From: a virus
Virus record (IMG/VR): IMGVR_UViG_3300048997_000225
Coordinates: 68,504-132,503 of that record
Strand: one strand, 5' to 3'
DNA: 64,000 bases
Below, one piece after another: positions 61,801 through 64,000 of the stretch. Under the pieces are notes generated by a model. That model saw only the letters and a program-made list of their open reading frames with translations, was not told the origin of the DNA and did no database searches. The position numbers and the translations under genes were made by a program. Every line of letters starts with the position of its first letter. The stretch's first letter is position 1.

Positions 61801-63564
61801 CGGAATGGTTTCCACACCACTCGGCCATTGCACAGTCTGCGCGAGTGTATTTTTAGTTCCGAATTTCACACCAAATAATGGTGCGTTATTATTGACTTCC
61901 GATGTAATCGTGTATTTACCGATGCCGCTGGCACCAGGAGTGGCTACTCTGAATGAATAGGTGTTATCAACAATCCGATTATACCAAAATGTTGCAAACG
62001 CCTTGAGATCTGCTGGGACTGGATTTTTTAGAACCAATGTATTGGTCGAAGAATCTACTTGGACCACCTCTACAGCAGGTCTTAAAAACGCGTCACGGAA
62101 CGTTTTTCCAACATAAACTGTAACCAAATCAGGACGATTAGTTGGAAGATCAATCCGACCATTCGTTACAGTTTGATATAAGCTTTGACCGAGTGGCGTA
62201 TCGCGGCCATTGCCCGTCGTAGGCTTCAACGGCATAGTGAATTTAGTCGTCGAAACCGTATTGGTTGTTGGATCGGTGAAACGGGTGCATTCCACGCCGT
62301 AAATACGATCGTCAACCAACAAGCCTTGGATTTGCGTCGAATCAAAATCTGAAGTACCTGTAGTATCACCGGCTACAACTTGCCAGGCGGTCCCCCACAT
62401 GATCTTGGATTGATCACCATCATTAACAATAATAAAATCAGGACCATTTAAGAAATCACGACGGCTTGGCGCGATTCCAACATTCCCAACCGAAATAATG
62501 TTAGAATTCGGCAAGAAATCAAAAGTATCCTGCCAGGTATTAAAATAATATTGAATGGTGACAGTGGATCCATTCCGAGGGGCTTGACTCAACGTCACAG
62601 TGCTATTAGCACCATTTACGCTAGTCGGAATTACCTGAAATCCATCAACCAATACGACAACTTTTGAAGTATCAGTTGTTGTTATACCACCATCTGAACC
62701 GTCAACGATGGGACCGTTGAACACCTTAAATGTTCGGTTCCGATTAGTATAGACTCCAGGATTGAATCCTAAAATGCCGTTGGCAGTACCGCTTCCAACT
62801 TTCAAATTTTTAAGCGCAATGAACTGGACGTGGTTCAAACCTTGATTATCAATATGGACAGTTGCAGTAAGACCAGATACAGCTGCTGCATTGACATCAT
62901 TGGCAATGTCTGTTGCTGATCGAGTTCCGGCAGTAAGTTTAATTTGTGTGACGATCAAAGAATCGTCAACGAACAGTTCGATAACATCATTGACACTAGA
63001 CTGAACAACATACGTTTCTACTTTTGGAGCAACCAAAGCTGCTGCAGTTGAATCAATTTGTTCAGAAACATCATCAGTCGTTCTAGTGTCACGACGATGG
63101 AAGAAGTAATTGATGGCAACCGCATCATCAGGATTAGGAGCTACTAATAACTGGATAAATCCATTAGTGCCGTCAACTTTTGACACCACAGCCTGTTGGC
63201 CGTTTACAGTCACGGACACTTTAGTGACATCAAAAGTGACCCGACCTACTCCGTCTCCATCGACTATCGGATAATTACGAACTCTGAAGTTCGTAAGACT
63301 CCCGTCTTGATTCCCGATAGTCGGATTGACGTTAGTGCCGCCCGTCTTCCAGCGTCCAGTGGGATCTTCCCCGAAAATCGGAGTATCTGCTACGCTACTA
63401 GATCCACGGATAATCTCAACATCTGATTGAGTGAGATTCTCTTGCCCAACGCCAATGAGAACAGGGACTCTTAAACCACCGAGTAATTGTCCAACGACAT
63501 TTTCAACAACGGTTCGAGTATAAACTCCGGGCGGCGCGTATGTAGTGAACGGTCCAATAGACAT
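58885..63564 (-). CDS. Tail sheath protein, unusually large
   Basis: 1559 aa with AGGAG SD. N-terminal 'YAPPGVYT'. C-terminal sheath domain 'H...MS....ERIG...GVSVVE...IRHGLTT...FIGQK...DPT...YVPIFPLEYV'. Confidence 0.9.
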   Translation of the reverse strand: MSIGPFTTYAPPGVYTRTVVENVVGQLLGGLRVPVLIGVGQENLTQSDVEIIRGSSSVADTPIFGEDPTGRWKTGGTNVNPTIGNQDGSLTNFRVRNYPIVDGDGVGRVTFDVTKVSVTVNGQQAVVSKVDGTNGFIQLLVAPNPDDAVAINYFFHRRDTRTTDDVSEQIDSTAAALVAPKVETYVVQSSVNDVIELFVDDSLIVTQIKLTAGTRSATDIANDVNAAAVSGLTATVHIDNQGLNHVQFIALKNLKVGSGTANGILGFNPGVYTNRNRTFKVFNGPIVDGSDGGITTTDTSKVVVLVDGFQVIPTSVNGANSTVTLSQAPRNGSTVTIQYYFNTWQDTFDFLPNSNIISVGNVGIAPSRRDFLNGPDFIIVNDGDQSKIMWGTAWQVVAGDTTGTSDFDSTQIQGLLVDDRIYGVECTRFTDPTTNTVSTTKFTMPLKPTTGNGRDTPLGQSLYQTVTNGRIDLPTNRPDLVTVYVGKTFRDAFLRPAVEVVQVDSSTNTLVLKNPVPADLKAFATFWYNRIVDNTYSFRVATPGASGIGKYTITSEVNNNAPLFGVKFGTKNTLAQTVQWPSGVETIPDAFHYGGTPVSETVTVKFLTSLLPATHASFSNANPDPYDIYSYSRQFGGVVIDGNSPVTVNLATAFKAELVSQPISSAGALVFASTDNLVLQVDGVTIAPIDLSGATTLTGVVSAINAAIDADVQVHADGSATFSSSSPNTLASAVTYGAQSLLKIVGRNTPTATNGLQSNVTVLSPTQVGQTDASPKVQLGPNQVAVGSYNALNQPALIVGANAGPFSISSGVNNSFLFNIDGQDYSAVLPTGASVPAAAVVDYINAGYASTASSTDQALILTAANTLANEIKADYNAHRTQGSVHAANDTTNIITAATASSLATLLTLCADIRTQLNAHYSNSGGSYHTIPDIVNPITVAAPTDLKTAVQFLYIAKTSYNAHRTQSGVHASNDTVNVTTASNLQLVAQLGQGIRLDKVVLVSQTNTVASVVGISVLGTANDRLGFTAGDSVVRTQPTATTIANALNASSAFNALAVAYRVLASGLGNYLRIDSLTAGSTSTISFTNVSNTAFVTDTGIGIIPGTSGDTGEAAQSGFQVSSSNPTGSAGTGTPGQTYTDLVTGLRFTVLPASSGDYANNGTFTLIVDSTFTADASIPTRSVPGVELTIFNTLNMGIGTTALVTTYQRGGNEPAVGDIYYISYQFAKTDLSTKLFRDLKKIQQNFGPPTPEFPLSLAARLALLNGAVLIGLKQILKADDSSQASIGSFITAIDEQKKPIEGSVLPDVITPLGTDPQIFAYLNQHCVFMSAPRQEGERIGVIGVASGTVPLGVSAIAQGLQSELMVVAYPDSYIVSVQDNNSQSFDQLVDGSFMAAAMSGASCNPSIDVATPWTRRQILGFKRLGRTLDPTEANQVAIAGVSVVEQINSDIRIRHGLTTRMDSVITRTPSVTLTIQYVQQSIRAVLDPFIGQKFTGSLIKAVENALVGLFARLIDQIIVSKVAGISVQLDDGDPTIMRTESIYVPIFPLEYVVSTLNVRIRI

Positions 63565-63690
63565 CTTAGCTCCTAAAAGTTGAGCAGAAGTCTAAATATT
63601 AATATGAGTATTTCGAATCAAAGAAGATCAATTTCAGTTTCAGTATTAATATCGGTGTAACCCGGATACACAAAATTTGATATGAAGAGT

Positions 63691-64000
63691 TTAAAGTTGT
63701 TCAAGTGAACTTAGATAAAAAACCCAACGTGATTTGCCAAGATCCCAAATCTTCCGATAACCCTGAGATTGACGCAAGACGGATTCTGTTACAGATTCAC
63801 CGTGTTTCTTGCGAAGTCCTGATTTATGGAATCGTTTTTGATTCATGCACCAATAGTAATCAGGACGAATTTTTCCATCGAATTTGAAACCAATCTTCTC
63901 ATAAACTGCTCCGGAAAACAGCCTGTTATCAGAAAATGACACAATTGATGAAGGTTGGAAATCTGCAATGAACTTTTGAATGAGTTTCGACCAAATCCCA
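63691..64000 (-). mobile_element. 3' end of homing-endonuclease-like gene, copy D (5' part beyond window)
   Basis: ...IWSKLIQKFIADFQPSSIVSFSDNRLFSGAVYEKIGF...IWDLGKSRW; 63874-64000 is identical to 37958-38084. Confidence 0.8.

Noticed and set aside
7185-63564. Bacterial eCIS, tailocin or T6SS locus
   Set aside because: The very large structural genes, numerous small phage-type ORFs, homing-endonuclease-like genes and absence of bacterial housekeeping or T6SS membrane genes fit a large phage better. The capsid genes are not in this window, so this is not fully excluded.
1-64000. Stop-codon reassignment
   Set aside because: Long genes are intact in the standard code, and TAA, TAG and TGA all end genes at tight junctions.

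Overview
AT-rich 64 kb segment of a large contractile-tailed (myovirus-like, probably jumbo) phage genome. No rRNA, tRNA, CRISPR array or cellular housekeeping gene was seen. A minus-strand tail module runs from right to left: a very large sheath (58885-63564), tube (39200-39871), two putative chaperones, tape measure, two tube-initiator paralogs (one with a muramidase-like insert), hub, gp5-like spike, wedge proteins (gp25-like, baseplate J, gpI-like), a collagen/LamG fibre and two proteins with His-rich repeats. Sheath and tube are about 19 kb apart. The gap holds accessory genes: an AAA+ ATPase, a vWA protein, an FGE-sulfatase-like protein, a lipoprotein, SLOG/DUF2493, a minimal nucleotidyltransferase, a PQ-loop transporter, collagens and many small ORFs. 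The most unusual signals are: (1) a shared extreme C-terminal motif ([VI]xx[VI]M[ESY][SET]-stop) on several otherwise unrelated small proteins in that gap; (2) four related Zn-finger/Vsr-like nuclease/GNAT-like genes bracketing the sheath and tube genes, two of them sharing an identical 127-bp block; (3) a His-His-Asp helical repeat shared by the sheath and two distal tail proteins; (4) long perfect palindromes and GTAnnnT boxes at the junctions between structural and accessory genes. All family calls come from motif recognition by eye; no database search was run.
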